From: Desulfobacterales bacterium
GTDB lineage: Bacteria; Desulfobacterota; Desulfobacteria; Desulfobacterales; UBA2174
Assembly: GCA_963668645.2 (NCBI GenBank)
Contig: CAXXWC010000006.1
Coordinates: 64,001 to 128,000, forward strand
Direction of reading: 5' to 3'
DNA length: 64,000 nucleotides
A model generated the notes under the pieces. That model saw only the letters and a list, made by a program, of their open reading frames with translations, was not told where the DNA came from and did no database searches. A program made the translations under genes and the position numbers. Positions 19,066 to 29,420 of the stretch are shown here, in pieces. Position 1 is the stretch's first letter, and each line of letters starts with the position of its first letter.

Positions 19066-21112
19066 TGCCGGGGTCCTGGTCCGGTTAAGCCGGTTTTCCT
19101 ATGCGTATCCGGACAGGGCCGATTTCGTTCTCAAACAGGTCACCATGGCCATCGGCACCGGGGAGTGCCACTGCATTGTCGGCCCCACCGGTTCTGGCAA
19201 AACCACCTTGTTGCTGGCGATCCGGGGCCTGCTGCCGCCAGAAGGACGCCGGCAGGGCGAGGTGATCCTGGCGGGAGGCGGCGGCCGGCCAAGGGCCAGG
19301 GCCGGACTGGTGCTGCAAAACCCGGAGACCCAGTTGCTCGGAACCTCCCTGGGCGCGGAGGTGGCCTTCGGTCTGGAAAACCATTGTGTGGCTCCCCATC
19401 AGATGGCGACCCGGGTCCGGGCGGCGCTTGCAAAAGTTGGGCTGAACCGGGCCCTGGATATGACGATCGACCGGCTCTCCATGGGCCAGAAGTACCGGGG
19501 ACTGCTGGCCGGGCTCCTGGTGATGGAACCGGACCTGCTGCTTTTGGACGAACCCGGGGCCCAGCTCGACCCCCGGGGCCTGGAAAAGCTCGCCGCGGTC
19601 ATTAAGGCCTTGAAGCAGGCCGGCAAATCCCTTTTGATCTGCGATCATCGCCCGGAGCTGCTGGCGTCAGTCATCGATGCCTGCTGGCAGATCGACGCTG
19701 CGGGCCGCATCTTTCAGCTTCAAAAGATACCCGCTGCGGCCCAAAACCGGAATGTGGCCGATCCGCCGGGCCGAATGCCAGACGAGGCCCGGGTCGTGAT
19801 CCGGGCGCGCGGGATCGGCCTGCAAACCGAGGCTGGCACCGATATCTGGTCAGACCTGTCCTTTTGTGTCAAACAGGGCGAACGCATTGCCATCCACGGT
19901 CCCAATGGGGCCGGAAAGACTTCCCTGGTGCGGTGCCTGGCCGGATTGGCCCGGCCTGATTGCGGAAGTATCGAGGTGCTGGGAACGAGGCCGGAAAAAG
20001 GATTATGCCGGGGAAAAATCGGGGTGCTGTTCCAGAACCCTCAAAAGCAACTGTTCGAGACCACGGTTTTGGATGAAGCGGCCTTTGCCGCCAGACGTTT
20101 GGGAAAAAGCGACCAGACCGTCGAGAAAAAGGTCCGGAATCTTTTGACCCGTCTGGGAATCGACCATCTTCGCGGCACATCCCCGCACAAGCTGAGCTTT
20201 GGCCAGAAGCACCTGGTGGCCCTGGCCTCGGTGCTGGCCGGGGATCCGCAAATTCTGATCCTGGACGATCCCTTTGCCGGACTGGACCGGGAAAGCACCC
20301 GAAGGGTAATGGACCTTCTGGCCGAGGCAAGCGCTCACGGGACCACCGTTCTATGGACCGTCCATCACCCGCAAATGCTCGAACAATGGGCCTCGCGAAC
20401 CATCTCGCTTGCCGGTCTTCGAAAGGGCGCGCCATTGGAAACCTCGCGCGATCCTTCCGGGCCGGTGCCGTCTGAAAAACGCCTTGCCCCCCTGATCAAG
20501 ACTCCCGCCGGTGCGATGCTGGCTCTGTCGCTGACGCTTTCCATCTTTGCCTTTGCCGCCAGAACGGTTCCGCTGCTGGCCCTTTTGACAGGCATCAACC
20601 TGGTGGTGCTGGCCTTGGCATGCCCCAGGCCCTTTTCAATCATGGGCCGGAGCCTGCGTTTTTTTTTCTGGCAGACCGCCCTTATCGTCGTGCTCTACGC
20701 CATCCGCTTCGGCCTGCAAACCGGCGCCCTGGCCGGGGCCCGCGTGGGATGGCAGTTGTTTTTGGCCTTTTGGCCGGCAATGATCTTCATGGCGTCAACC
20801 TCCCAGCCCCGGATCACCAAGGCCCTGTCCCGGGTGTTGCCCCATCGCACGGCATTCGTGATCGCCGTCTGCCTCAAGTTTTTACCTGTGCTGATGCGCG
20901 AGATGCAAAGCATCCGTGAAACCCAGATCCTGAGAGGCGCGCGCCTTATGCCCCGGGATATCAAAAATCCGCGTTACTGGCCGGACTGGATCCGTTGCCT
21001 GCTGGTTCCGACCCTGATACAAACCCTGTCTTTGTCTGGAGACATCGCCCTGGCCGCGAGTGCCAGGGACTTCGGCATTCACGGCCGGCGGACATGTTGG
21101 CCTGGAGACTAA
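19040..21112 (+). CDS. ECF transporter: tandem ATPases fused to an EcfT/CbiQ-like T component
   Basis: Walker A GPTGSGKT and GPNGAGKT, LQNPETQL/FQNPQKQL, LSMGQ/LSFGQ; C-terminal TM region with KFLP..QILRG and ASARDF. Start uncertain. Confidence 0.85.
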   Translation: MPASNSGSDAGVLVRLSRFSYAYPDRADFVLKQVTMAIGTGECHCIVGPTGSGKTTLLLAIRGLLPPEGRRQGEVILAGGGGRPRARAGLVLQNPETQLLGTSLGAEVAFGLENHCVAPHQMATRVRAALAKVGLNRALDMTIDRLSMGQKYRGLLAGLLVMEPDLLLLDEPGAQLDPRGLEKLAAVIKALKQAGKSLLICDHRPELLASVIDACWQIDAAGRIFQLQKIPAAAQNRNVADPPGRMPDEARVVIRARGIGLQTEAGTDIWSDLSFCVKQGERIAIHGPNGAGKTSLVRCLAGLARPDCGSIEVLGTRPEKGLCRGKIGVLFQNPQKQLFETTVLDEAAFAARRLGKSDQTVEKKVRNLLTRLGIDHLRGTSPHKLSFGQKHLVALASVLAGDPQILILDDPFAGLDRESTRRVMDLLAEASAHGTTVLWTVHHPQMLEQWASRTISLAGLRKGAPLETSRDPSGPVPSEKRLAPLIKTPAGAMLALSLTLSIFAFAARTVPLLALLTGINLVVLALACPRPFSIMGRSLRFFFWQTALIVVLYAIRFGLQTGALAGARVGWQLFLAFWPAMIFMASTSQPRITKALSRVLPHRTAFVIAVCLKFLPVLMREMQSIRETQILRGARLMPRDIKNPRYWPDWIRCLLVPTLIQTLSLSGDIALAASARDFGIHGRRTCWPGD

Positions 21113-21116
21113 CAGC

Positions 21117-21632
21117 ATGCGACTGTCATTGAAAGATGCCCTGTTTCTCGGGTTTTGTGCCGTATTCATCCTGGTGACCAAGACTGCACTGCGCCTTCAT
21201 CTCAAGATTCCGGGGCACAGCATGTTTTTTACCGTCTTTTTCCTGATGCTGGCCCGCGGATGCGTGCAAAACGGATTTGCCGCGACCTTCTGTGGGCTTC
21301 TGGCCGGGATTATGACCATGATCCTGGGCATGGGCAAAGGCGGTCCCCTGCTGATCATTAAATTCTTGCTGCCGGGCCTGGCCGTAGACGGCATGGCGCT
21401 TTTTCTGCCGGGTCTGTTTCAGTCTCTGCCTCTGTGCGCCCTCACGGCGGCCCTGGCCGGGGCCACGCGGTTTCTCAGCACCTATGCGGTGGATATCCTT
21501 ACGGGCATGGACCCGGATGTTTTAATGCAGCACATTTTTATTCAATCCTCCGGAAACCTGATCTTCGGCATTGCCGGCGGCCTGCTCGTGCCGCCGGTAA
21601 TCCGCAAGCTCAAGGCATACGGAACAATCTAG
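21117..21632 (+). CDS. Probable ECF substrate-specific (S) component
   Basis: 171 aa, about 5-6 TM segments, LHLKIPGHSM; directly after the A-A'-T gene. Confidence 0.7.
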   Translation: MRLSLKDALFLGFCAVFILVTKTALRLHLKIPGHSMFFTVFFLMLARGCVQNGFAATFCGLLAGIMTMILGMGKGGPLLIIKFLLPGLAVDGMALFLPGLFQSLPLCALTAALAGATRFLSTYAVDILTGMDPDVLMQHIFIQSSGNLIFGIAGGLLVPPVIRKLKAYGTI

Positions 21633-21644
21633 AAGGAACAGGTA

Positions 21645-22361
21645 ATGAAGCTATACGTCGGATTTGACGATACGGACGTGGCCGGTGCCGACCGGGGAAC
21701 AGGCAAGCTGGCCCGCTGGTTTGCCTCGAAACTGCCCGAGGGCATGCATCTTTGGGGGGTGGTGCGCCAGCAATTGCCGGTAATGGAAGGGATTCCATAT
21801 ACCTCCCAGAACAGCTCGGCCTGCCTGATCCTGGATATGGCGGACCCGGACCAGCAGCAAACCGTGATCGAGCAGGCAGCGGCCCATATCCGGGAGCACT
21901 TTATCCAGGGCAGCGACCCGGGGTTGTGCGTGGTGCCGCAGAACAGTCCCAGCGTTGCGGACCTGATCGCCTTCGGCCGGGAGGCCTGCACGCGTATCGT
22001 CACCCAGAAGGCTGCCATGAACGCAGTCAACGGCAATCACCTATCCGGCCACGGCGGCACCAACGACGGCATCATCGGGGCTGCCGCCGGCGTCGGTCTG
22101 ACCCTGTACGGATGGAGCGGGCGTTTCATCGAATTCAATGGTTTGCGCGACTTTTCCAGAGAGGTGACGGTGGGTGAACTGGAAGCCCGTGGGATTCAGG
22201 TGCTTTCCATCGACCGCAATGCACTGGTCCCAGGGCCGGAGGATCTGGTGGATACCCAGAACTGGCTGCGCCCGCGCCTGTGGGGGTTCAAGCCGGTGCT
22301 GCCCGTTGAGGCCCAGGGGCCGGGATACTGGCGCTCGGTGGGAACCAAGAACAAAAAATAG
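21645..22361 (+). CDS. Stand-alone TiaS N-terminal-like (DUF1743-type) protein
   Basis: YVGFDDTD...GTG, IPYTSQNSSAC, GSDPGLCV, GTNDGIIGAAAGVG resemble the catalytic N-half of agmatidine synthetase TiaS; no OB or Zn-ribbon part. Confidence 0.6.
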   Translation: MKLYVGFDDTDVAGADRGTGKLARWFASKLPEGMHLWGVVRQQLPVMEGIPYTSQNSSACLILDMADPDQQQTVIEQAAAHIREHFIQGSDPGLCVVPQNSPSVADLIAFGREACTRIVTQKAAMNAVNGNHLSGHGGTNDGIIGAAAGVGLTLYGWSGRFIEFNGLRDFSREVTVGELEARGIQVLSIDRNALVPGPEDLVDTQNWLRPRLWGFKPVLPVEAQGPGYWRSVGTKNKK

Positions 22362-22396
22362 CGAAACCGCGCCAGGCCTGGAGACGAAAGACGTTG

Positions 22397-23458
22397 TTAA
22401 ACCGCCTCCCACCGGGACCATCCCACATAGCCCAGCGTCAGGGCCAAGGCGCAGCCGGCGAAGGTCGCGGCCATGCGCTCGATCAAAACCATCCAGGAGA
22501 CTTCCTGGCCGAATTCCAACAGCAGAATGACCAGAGCCGTCTGAACCGCCGCATAGGCCAGGTAGCTGGTTTCCAGCAGCATCGGCCGCAGCGCGGCCAG
22601 AACCGCAATGAGGATGACGACGCCCCAGGCCGAAGACGCCCAGAGCATGAAAAGGCTTATGAGCAGGACCCCAATCGCCGTGCCGGTGGCGCGGTGGATC
22701 GTTCGGGGTACGGCCTCCTGAAGGTTGCGATGGGCCACGATCACCACCGTAACGGCGATCCAGTAACCCCGATGCCCCGGCCAAAACAGCTCCAACGCCT
22801 CGGCAGCCGCCAGGCAAAGGGTGATGCGAAGGGTATATTGCCATCCCTTCAGGCGGGTGAGCGATCTTTTCCACCGCCTCAGATACTGATGCAGGGTATA
22901 GCGGGGCGGCGAAGCGGCATCGGCCGCAGGCGGCTTCGCGATAGCCTGCAACAGCGGCCGGAAACCCAGCGACAGCCCGGCTGTCCAGACGCCTCCCATC
23001 AGGAACCCAAGCGCAACAGCACCGGTATGATGGGAGGACCCCCTGCCGAGATTGGCGGCGATGATGGTAAAAAGGATGTATTGCGTGGTGGCCCTGACCA
23101 TGGGCCGGCTGAGACTGCCAAGAAGCGCCGCCGCGGCAGCAACGATCGGAATGCCGCAATATTGCAGCCCGTGCGCAGCCAGCAATGAACCGGTCAACAT
23201 CGCCGCAAACCCGGCCGCCAGCGCGTAAACCAGGCCGGGCGCCTGTTCGCGAAACGTCCTGCCCTTCCCGTCACCGCTCAGCGCCAGCCCACCCAAGGAT
23301 GCAACAATTCCAAGCTCCGGCCTTCCGGCCATGAATCCGGCGGCCATAGGCCCTGCAAGCCCGAGCATCCCGGAAATGGCATGCGGCAGGCTTGAGAGGG
23401 CCTTAATTGAAAACCCGCCGCGATTTGATTTAACGGTCTGTCTTGGTGTCTTTTTCAC
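22397..23458 (-). CDS. FUSC-family membrane protein
   Basis: HRGYWIAVTVVIV, RTIHRATGTAIGV, ERMAATFAGC; GTG start at 23458 after GGAGAA. Confidence 0.82.
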   Translation of the reverse strand: MKKTPRQTVKSNRGGFSIKALSSLPHAISGMLGLAGPMAAGFMAGRPELGIVASLGGLALSGDGKGRTFREQAPGLVYALAAGFAAMLTGSLLAAHGLQYCGIPIVAAAAALLGSLSRPMVRATTQYILFTIIAANLGRGSSHHTGAVALGFLMGGVWTAGLSLGFRPLLQAIAKPPAADAASPPRYTLHQYLRRWKRSLTRLKGWQYTLRITLCLAAAEALELFWPGHRGYWIAVTVVIVAHRNLQEAVPRTIHRATGTAIGVLLISLFMLWASSAWGVVILIAVLAALRPMLLETSYLAYAAVQTALVILLLEFGQEVSWMVLIERMAATFAGCALALTLGYVGWSRWEAV

Positions 23459-23725
23459 TGCGATTCTCCACACAGGATATCTCGACACGATTATTGGCGC
23501 TTTTGGATACTCGCCTTTCACGAATCCTTGAACAGGCGCGGCTCGACCTCAACCGCCGCCTTGAACTTCAAAACGCCGGGGCAGCAGGCAGGTCAATCTC
23601 TACTTTATATTGCTGGCGAGAGAAAGGGGTCCGGCTTCAGGATCGCGGCAAAATCCGAATCCCGACGTACCGGCGATGAGGCTGCGGGCTGTTTTGGCGC
23701 TGTTTTCCCCGATCTGCCCGAATGC

Positions 23726-23858
23726 AGATTCCTCCTCGCTGACGCTCGCCGGAATGACAGTGGGAAAGAGGGCGCACCGAAATGACAACGGGAAAACAGG
23801 GCTTGCCGCAATGACAGCGGGAAGAAGTGTCATCCCGAGGAGTTACGACGAGGGATCT
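23726..23858. repeat. REP-like palindromic element containing three ~28-bp tandem units
   Basis: AGATTCCTC...GGAATGACA at the left, TGTCATCCC...GAGGGATCT at the right (imperfect inverted repeats); CCGnAATGACAnnGGGAA at 23749, 23777 and 23806. Confidence 0.6.
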
Positions 23859-23996
23859 CCACAGTTGCGAAAGAAGGCGGGGAAATCCATGGAACGGTTC
23901 ACAGCGCGGGCACCGCTCCCGGTCGCCACAAAAACCTTGAATATTGATGATGGCATCATTAATATTCAAGGTAAAATTGTGAAAGGTATTGTGGCC

Positions 23997-25247
23997 ATGT
24001 ACCATGAAAGGATCCTGACGAATCGACTCCACAGACTCTTTTCCGTTTTTCCGGTGGTTGTGGTTTCAGGCGCCCGCCAGGTCGGAAAGAGCACCCTGCT
24101 GGCCCACACCTTGGGCCGGAAAATGGAGACCGTCGTTTTCGACCCGGTTGTGGACGTGGAAAATGCCAGGTCAGACCCGGAACTATTTCTCAACAACCGC
24201 CGTCCGCCCATCATCCTGGACGAGATTCAATACGCCCCTGAACTGGTGCCGGCCATCAAGCGGCGCGTGGATCAGGGCCGCGCGGCGGGCCAGTACGTTC
24301 TGAGCGGTTCCCAGCAATGGGGGGTAATGCGGTCCATATCCGAGAGCCTTGCCGGCAGGGCCGTGTTCCTGGATCTCGATAGCTTCAGCCTTGCCGAAGC
24401 CGTCCATCCTGAAAAGCAGGATGCCTGGCTGGATCGATGGATCGAAGACAGCCAAACGTTTTTAAAAACATTTACCGCCCGTCACCTGACCGGCGTCACC
24501 CTTTATGAACAACTGTGGCGTGGCTTTCTACCCGAAGCGCAATTCATCCCTCTTGACACGATCTCTGATTTTCACACTGCCTACCAGCGCACTTACATCG
24601 AAAGGGATCTCCGGCTGCTGGCGGATGTGTCCGATTGGCAGCTATTCGGCCGGTTTCTGAGAGTGGTGGCGGCCTTGACCGCTCAGGAAATCAATTTCAG
24701 CCAAGTCGGCCGGGAACTAGGTCTGACCCCGCAGACGGCAGGCCGCTGGCTCGACATTCTCAAGGCCACCTTCCAGTGGTTCGAGCTTGAACCGTTTTCA
24801 GGCAACGCGGTGAAAAAGGTCAGCGGTAAGCCGAAGGGATATCTGTCCGATACCGGTATGGCGTGCGCGGCCCAGGCCATATCGAGCCCGGCGGCCATCG
24901 GCGGGCATCCGCTGTGGGGGGCGCTGTTCGAGACTGCCGTGGTTGCCGAAGTCCGCAAACAGTGCGCCTTTTTGTCTCCAAAGCCCAAGATGTACCATTG
25001 GCGGACCTATGCCGGGGCAGAAGTCGATATCATCCTCGAATACGACGGCCGGATCTATCCGATCGAAGCCAAGGCCGCCAGCAACCCGAGCCGCCGGGAC
25101 ACCTCAGGAATCACAGCATTTCGCAAACGATACCCCGATCTGGCGGTGGAAAAAGGACTGGTCATGGCTCCCGTGGAAAGGATCACGCCCATATCCGAGC
25201 TCGACTATGCCGTGCCCTGGGACTTGGCAGCGGCAAAAGCGGGATAA
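23997..25247 (+). CDS. AAA_14 ATPase with DUF4143 and PD-(D/E)xK-like C-terminus
   Basis: SGARQVGKSTL, ILDEIQYAPEL, LSGSQ, ESLAGR, YLSDTG, GALFET, HWRTYAGAEVDII, PIEAK. Confidence 0.88.
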   Translation: MYHERILTNRLHRLFSVFPVVVVSGARQVGKSTLLAHTLGRKMETVVFDPVVDVENARSDPELFLNNRRPPIILDEIQYAPELVPAIKRRVDQGRAAGQYVLSGSQQWGVMRSISESLAGRAVFLDLDSFSLAEAVHPEKQDAWLDRWIEDSQTFLKTFTARHLTGVTLYEQLWRGFLPEAQFIPLDTISDFHTAYQRTYIERDLRLLADVSDWQLFGRFLRVVAALTAQEINFSQVGRELGLTPQTAGRWLDILKATFQWFELEPFSGNAVKKVSGKPKGYLSDTGMACAAQAISSPAAIGGHPLWGALFETAVVAEVRKQCAFLSPKPKMYHWRTYAGAEVDIILEYDGRIYPIEAKAASNPSRRDTSGITAFRKRYPDLAVEKGLVMAPVERITPISELDYAVPWDLAAAKAG

Positions 25248-25701
25248 AGAACTGTAAGATCCCTTTCTTGTGTTCAAGATAACACAGGAACCACGTGCCA
25301 TTCAAAAGCCTTCACCTGCATTCTGCGTTCTCCAAAGTCAGTGTTGTCCGCCCTCCTCCGCGCCTCAGCGTCTCCGCGCGAGATTAAAAACACCTTCGCA
25401 CGGCTATCATCCGCACTTTACCGGCATTCTCGCAACCACCCAAAAACCATGAAAATAATTGTCGACCTTAGTGATATCCAAATATAACGGCCTCTATTCA
25501 TTCTGGCTAAGTATCAATTTATTTTTATACTGTATTAATTTTCTTATTGAAGCCTGTTCAGATATTGTGTATGTTGCTACCGTTTTGGCCGCCAAAATCA
25601 GCAAAACCGGTCTTTCCAGGGGAGTTCCGGCTTCTTTTTAAGGCCGTTGTAAGAAGCGTTCTTTAAGATTTGATTAACCTCAGCGGGAGTAAGAGCGCGC
25701 C

Positions 25702-26202
25702 GTGGCAAACGGAATCGTCCGGATCGACGAATGCCTGAGCAAGCGCGACGGTCATCTGTGGATCGAAGAGGTCGACAAGATGGACATCGTCGCCCGACAC
25801 GGCACCCCTGTCTTCGTCATCTCTGAAAACCAGCTTCGCCGCAACGTCCGCCGCTTCCAGAAATCCTTCCAGGCCGGCTGGCCCGACGGACCGGTTAAAA
25901 TCCTGCCCGCTGCCAAGGCCAACTGGATCACCGCCATCCAGATGATCCTGGCCCAGGAGGGGTGCGGCTGCGACATCTTCTCGGAAGGCGAGTTGGCCGT
26001 GGCCCTGAAGGCCGGCTTTCCCCATGACCTAATCTCGATCAACGGGGTGCCTAAATTCAAGTATCACGTTTACAATGCCATCAAAAAGGTCGACTTCATT
26101 GAGCAAGCAATGCGCGATCTTAACACCACAGTCTACGTCCGACTGCGCCTCAAGCCGCTGCTGTCCAACTTCGTACGCCATTCGGATTTTTCCGCCGAAT
26201 GA
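25702..26202 (+). pseudogene. Truncated diaminopimelate decarboxylase-like (fold III PLP) gene
   Basis: GHLWIEEVD, HGTPVFVISE, PLP lysine AKAN, CDIFSEGEL, NGVPK, VRLRLKP; stops at 166 aa and seems to lack the usual VDS..E segment. Confidence 0.7.
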
Positions 26203-26671
26203 CTTGTGGCTACTGATTTTGCTGATAGCCGCGCTATTCATCTAAACATGGGCATTCAATTGTACTACTATATCTTCGCCAAAGAGGTGGATGCAAAATT
26301 GAAAAAGATAAACGACATCAACGGCCACTCTTGCTACTGTGACCTGTTGATATCTACCATTTTGATTCCGAAAAATCTGAAAATAAGCGACATGTTCGAC
26401 ACCTGCGCTTATCAAAAATCTATGACGAATCAGTTTAATACCATGCTTCGGCCTGTAGCGTTTTTGGTGAACGGAAATGATGTTGCAGTGGGGGGATCTG
26501 ATTCCTTATTATCTTTTGTAGGTTCGAAGCATTCCTGGCGATGTTTGCGGTAACCTGTGAACATAGGTTGAGACGGGACTAAAGGCCGAGAAGCAAGTCA
26601 ATGCAATTCTTTTCCCCTTCTTCGCCCTTCATGTGACCGAATTTTCGGCCGTGGAAGTGCCCCTCAACTTT

Positions 26672-26781
26672 GACTCTCTCGTAAAAAGTCTGAAAAACGG
26701 CAACTTCCAGATTTTGGGCCGAATGATTTCAATAAGTTACAGCGGCGGAAATTCAAAAATCCGACTTTTTACGTACGCATC
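26672..26781. mobile_element. 110-bp MITE-like element (second family)
   Basis: Ends GACTCTCTCGTAAAAAGTC / GACTTTTTACGTACGCATC (11-bp perfect inverted core); direct repeat AACTTT at 26666-26671 and 26782-26787. Confidence 0.75.
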
Positions 26782-26831
26782 AACTTTGTTATGGGACGAA
26801 CACCCATCCTATCATGGAGGATAAATTACGT

Positions 26832-29420
26832 ATGGAATATTCGATCATAGGCCAGAAATCTTATTGGATTTCTCTTTTTCCTGTTAACGCCCGCTTTTCG
26901 GCTGGGCTGACGCTTAGCATGACCTTACTGCTTGTAGCTACCATGGGTTTTTGCACACCAGTATTCAGCTTCGACGTCAACCCTATGGTGCGCTTAGAAC
27001 CAGGCTTCACAGAGCAGCGGGTTACCGGAAATATTCTCCGGGATGAATGGGTGAAGAAAAAAGATGACTCGGGCATCTGTTGGGAGGGGAAATTATGGAC
27101 GTTTTACGTTTTCCATTCGATCGACAGCCCAAAGTTGTCATGCATTAAAAACGGCATTTTTATTCCCCATAATGCCTACAACATAGAGAATCCCAAAGTA
27201 GTCATTGACGCCTCCTGCGGTAGAGAAACCAAGCATCCTCCTGCTATTGTCCGAATTTATCAACCCAATAGGCCGGGGGATTTAAAATTTGATTTCCAGG
27301 CGAAGGATGTGCCCGCCGAAGGAGCCAACCAGATCATCCGGCCCGAACACTTTTATATTAGCGGGAAAACGGTGAGATCACTTGTAACTGTTCTGTCTAA
27401 AAAGGGGAGAAAAGACATCATTTCCTTTATTATCGTCAGTGGGAATAAAGGCGTGGCACGCGAACCGTTGCCCACTGCACAGTCTATGATACTGAACGAG
27501 CTGCCTCGTGTGATTGCAAGAACGGAGCCGTCGGTATTGCCACAGAAGCCCACGACAATGCGCCGCAGAAAGCAGGACCCGGTAATCGGGGGGCACCCAA
27601 TTCAGCAGTTAGCTTCTCTCCCTTCGCACGATACGAACAACGAACAAAGGTTAGATCCGGTTTGGAAGAGTCCTTCCGTAATGACCGACGACTTTTTGGT
27701 CTTTCAGTCCCGCGAGAGCAATGCGCAGCGCGAAGCGATTCTTGCACAAGCCCGCTATAAAGCTAAACTGCATCTGCTCGCCGGACGGTGCCGACATACG
27801 GCTCAGCTGTTAGCCCTAAACCAGAAAGACATTGTCACGGGGGCGTCATCCGAGGCATTGGCGGAGCGTATCAGTACAAGCTCCCAAGCGTTGGAAGAAA
27901 GCATGGCGCAATTGAGTAAGAATATCGATAAAGCGATATCCGCATTATCTGAACGCGCCGGGTGGGAGGCTCCGCCGCTTTCGATAGTCCGGCAACGAGC
28001 CTATATCGACCTGCAGAGCATCGCGACAGACACTGAGCCGGAATTTGCCCTCTTACAGCAGGCTATGTCGCAAGCAGCCTACACTTCCTATATCGCCGGA
28101 AACATAGCCACATCTTCGGCCCGGAGGGTGGGTGCGGTAGTGCCGGTGCCACTATCTATCAATCAGGGGGGCATGATGTTTTGCCGTGAAGGTAAGCAGG
28201 TGATGAAACGGCTGTTCGCAACTGGACTGTATTCCGTTAACATGACGTTCAAAGACGAAAAAATAAGCATCTCCAGCGGTAGCAAAAATGAAGTTATTGA
28301 AAGTAACGTGCGGCTGCTTAATGACAACAGTGCCACTGAACAGTTGCTGCTCCCCGACATAGGAATACCGGAGAGAGACCATGCCGGCTTGCTCCCCTGC
28401 GAAGAGAGCAAAAACGGCGAGTGGGACAATTTTGTTGAGGCCGACAAGCAGTTGTTAATGATAATCCAAAACTTCAGTGCCCAACAGGAGGTTGACAGAA
28501 AGGTTTATCAACAACGCAGTCAATTTCTGCAGGAAAGGATCTCCGGATTAGAGACATTCCGGACAACGTGGAATAGTCTGGGGAAACGGATCTCTTCGGA
28601 GCGGGATCGATTGTGTGGACAACTCTGCGGTGATTATACCGGGAGCAGGGTGCCAATCAGCGTCACCACAGCAAAATTGGATGATCATACTGATGTTTTA
28701 CAGAAAGCGATTACCGAGACACCGTTCACGGTTGTGGTCAAGTTTAATGCCATGCAGCGAGACATCCCCTTCATAGTTGACGAGGCTGGCAGGCAACTTG
28801 TCACATCTCAATTGGAGTCCTTGCTCGATGTGCTGATAGGCCCGGATGCACTGGACATCGTCAAGGGGGCCAAGTTCATCCGCCAAGAACTCACCCCCAT
28901 CGCTTTGGTGGCCCTAGGCAGTGGTTACCAGGGACTGGCCAAACTGGTTTACCGACTCGAACTGTTGGATCCGTTGCCACTTTGTGGCGATCGTAATTTC
29001 ATGCAACGTATCGGCCTGATCGAAATGGGTTCTACTCCAGAAGGCTACACCACATTCCGTGATTTCCTCACACGGCAGGAATGGATGGTAGTTGGCATGG
29101 GTAACAAAGGCTACGGCTTTTCTTTGGATGACGCAGAGGCTTTTGTCAATCTGCGGAACGACGGGTGGAGGCTACCGAAAGTCGAAGAAATCAGCGAGCT
29201 CAGGAGTTCCGACTTGTATCGGCTTATGAAGCGGGACATCCAGGCTGTGAACAGGCCATTCTGGACTGGTTCGACACGTAACGCCGAACAACGTGGTTTC
29301 TGTTTCATCTCCTGCCGTCAACGCAACCGCACCTACGCGGAACAAGCTACTGAGTTCGCGGCTGGTGAAAACCTTGCGCTGATACTTCTTCGTTCTACCA
29401 AAGCAGGAGAAAACAAATGA
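26832..29420 (+). CDS. Large exported hypothetical protein; coiled-coil middle, C-terminal DUF1566/FGE-sulfatase-like motif
   Basis: Hydrophobic leader LTLSMTLLLVATMG; heptad-rich segments; C-terminal DAEAFV...GWRLPKVEEISEL...FWTGS. ORF open from 26814; SD GGAGG precedes ATG 26832. Confidence 0.65.
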   Translation: MEYSIIGQKSYWISLFPVNARFSAGLTLSMTLLLVATMGFCTPVFSFDVNPMVRLEPGFTEQRVTGNILRDEWVKKKDDSGICWEGKLWTFYVFHSIDSPKLSCIKNGIFIPHNAYNIENPKVVIDASCGRETKHPPAIVRIYQPNRPGDLKFDFQAKDVPAEGANQIIRPEHFYISGKTVRSLVTVLSKKGRKDIISFIIVSGNKGVAREPLPTAQSMILNELPRVIARTEPSVLPQKPTTMRRRKQDPVIGGHPIQQLASLPSHDTNNEQRLDPVWKSPSVMTDDFLVFQSRESNAQREAILAQARYKAKLHLLAGRCRHTAQLLALNQKDIVTGASSEALAERISTSSQALEESMAQLSKNIDKAISALSERAGWEAPPLSIVRQRAYIDLQSIATDTEPEFALLQQAMSQAAYTSYIAGNIATSSARRVGAVVPVPLSINQGGMMFCREGKQVMKRLFATGLYSVNMTFKDEKISISSGSKNEVIESNVRLLNDNSATEQLLLPDIGIPERDHAGLLPCEESKNGEWDNFVEADKQLLMIIQNFSAQQEVDRKVYQQRSQFLQERISGLETFRTTWNSLGKRISSERDRLCGQLCGDYTGSRVPISVTTAKLDDHTDVLQKAITETPFTVVVKFNAMQRDIPFIVDEAGRQLVTSQLESLLDVLIGPDALDIVKGAKFIRQELTPIALVALGSGYQGLAKLVYRLELLDPLPLCGDRNFMQRIGLIEMGSTPEGYTTFRDFLTRQEWMVVGMGNKGYGFSLDDAEAFVNLRNDGWRLPKVEEISELRSSDLYRLMKRDIQAVNRPFWTGSTRNAEQRGFCFISCRQRNRTYAEQATEFAAGENLALILLRSTKAGENK
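26985..27298 (+). repeat. Direct repeat copy 1 (~314 bp), shared N-terminal domain
   Basis: Matches 29546-29859 at a constant offset of 2561; 27001-27123 identical to 29562-29684. Confidence 0.95.

Noticed and set aside
23749..23830. CRISPR array
   Set aside because: Three degenerate tandem units without unique spacers, and no cas genes.
26206..26553. 115-aa ORF at the island's left edge
   Set aside because: No recognisable motif or clear SD; may be a remnant or spurious.
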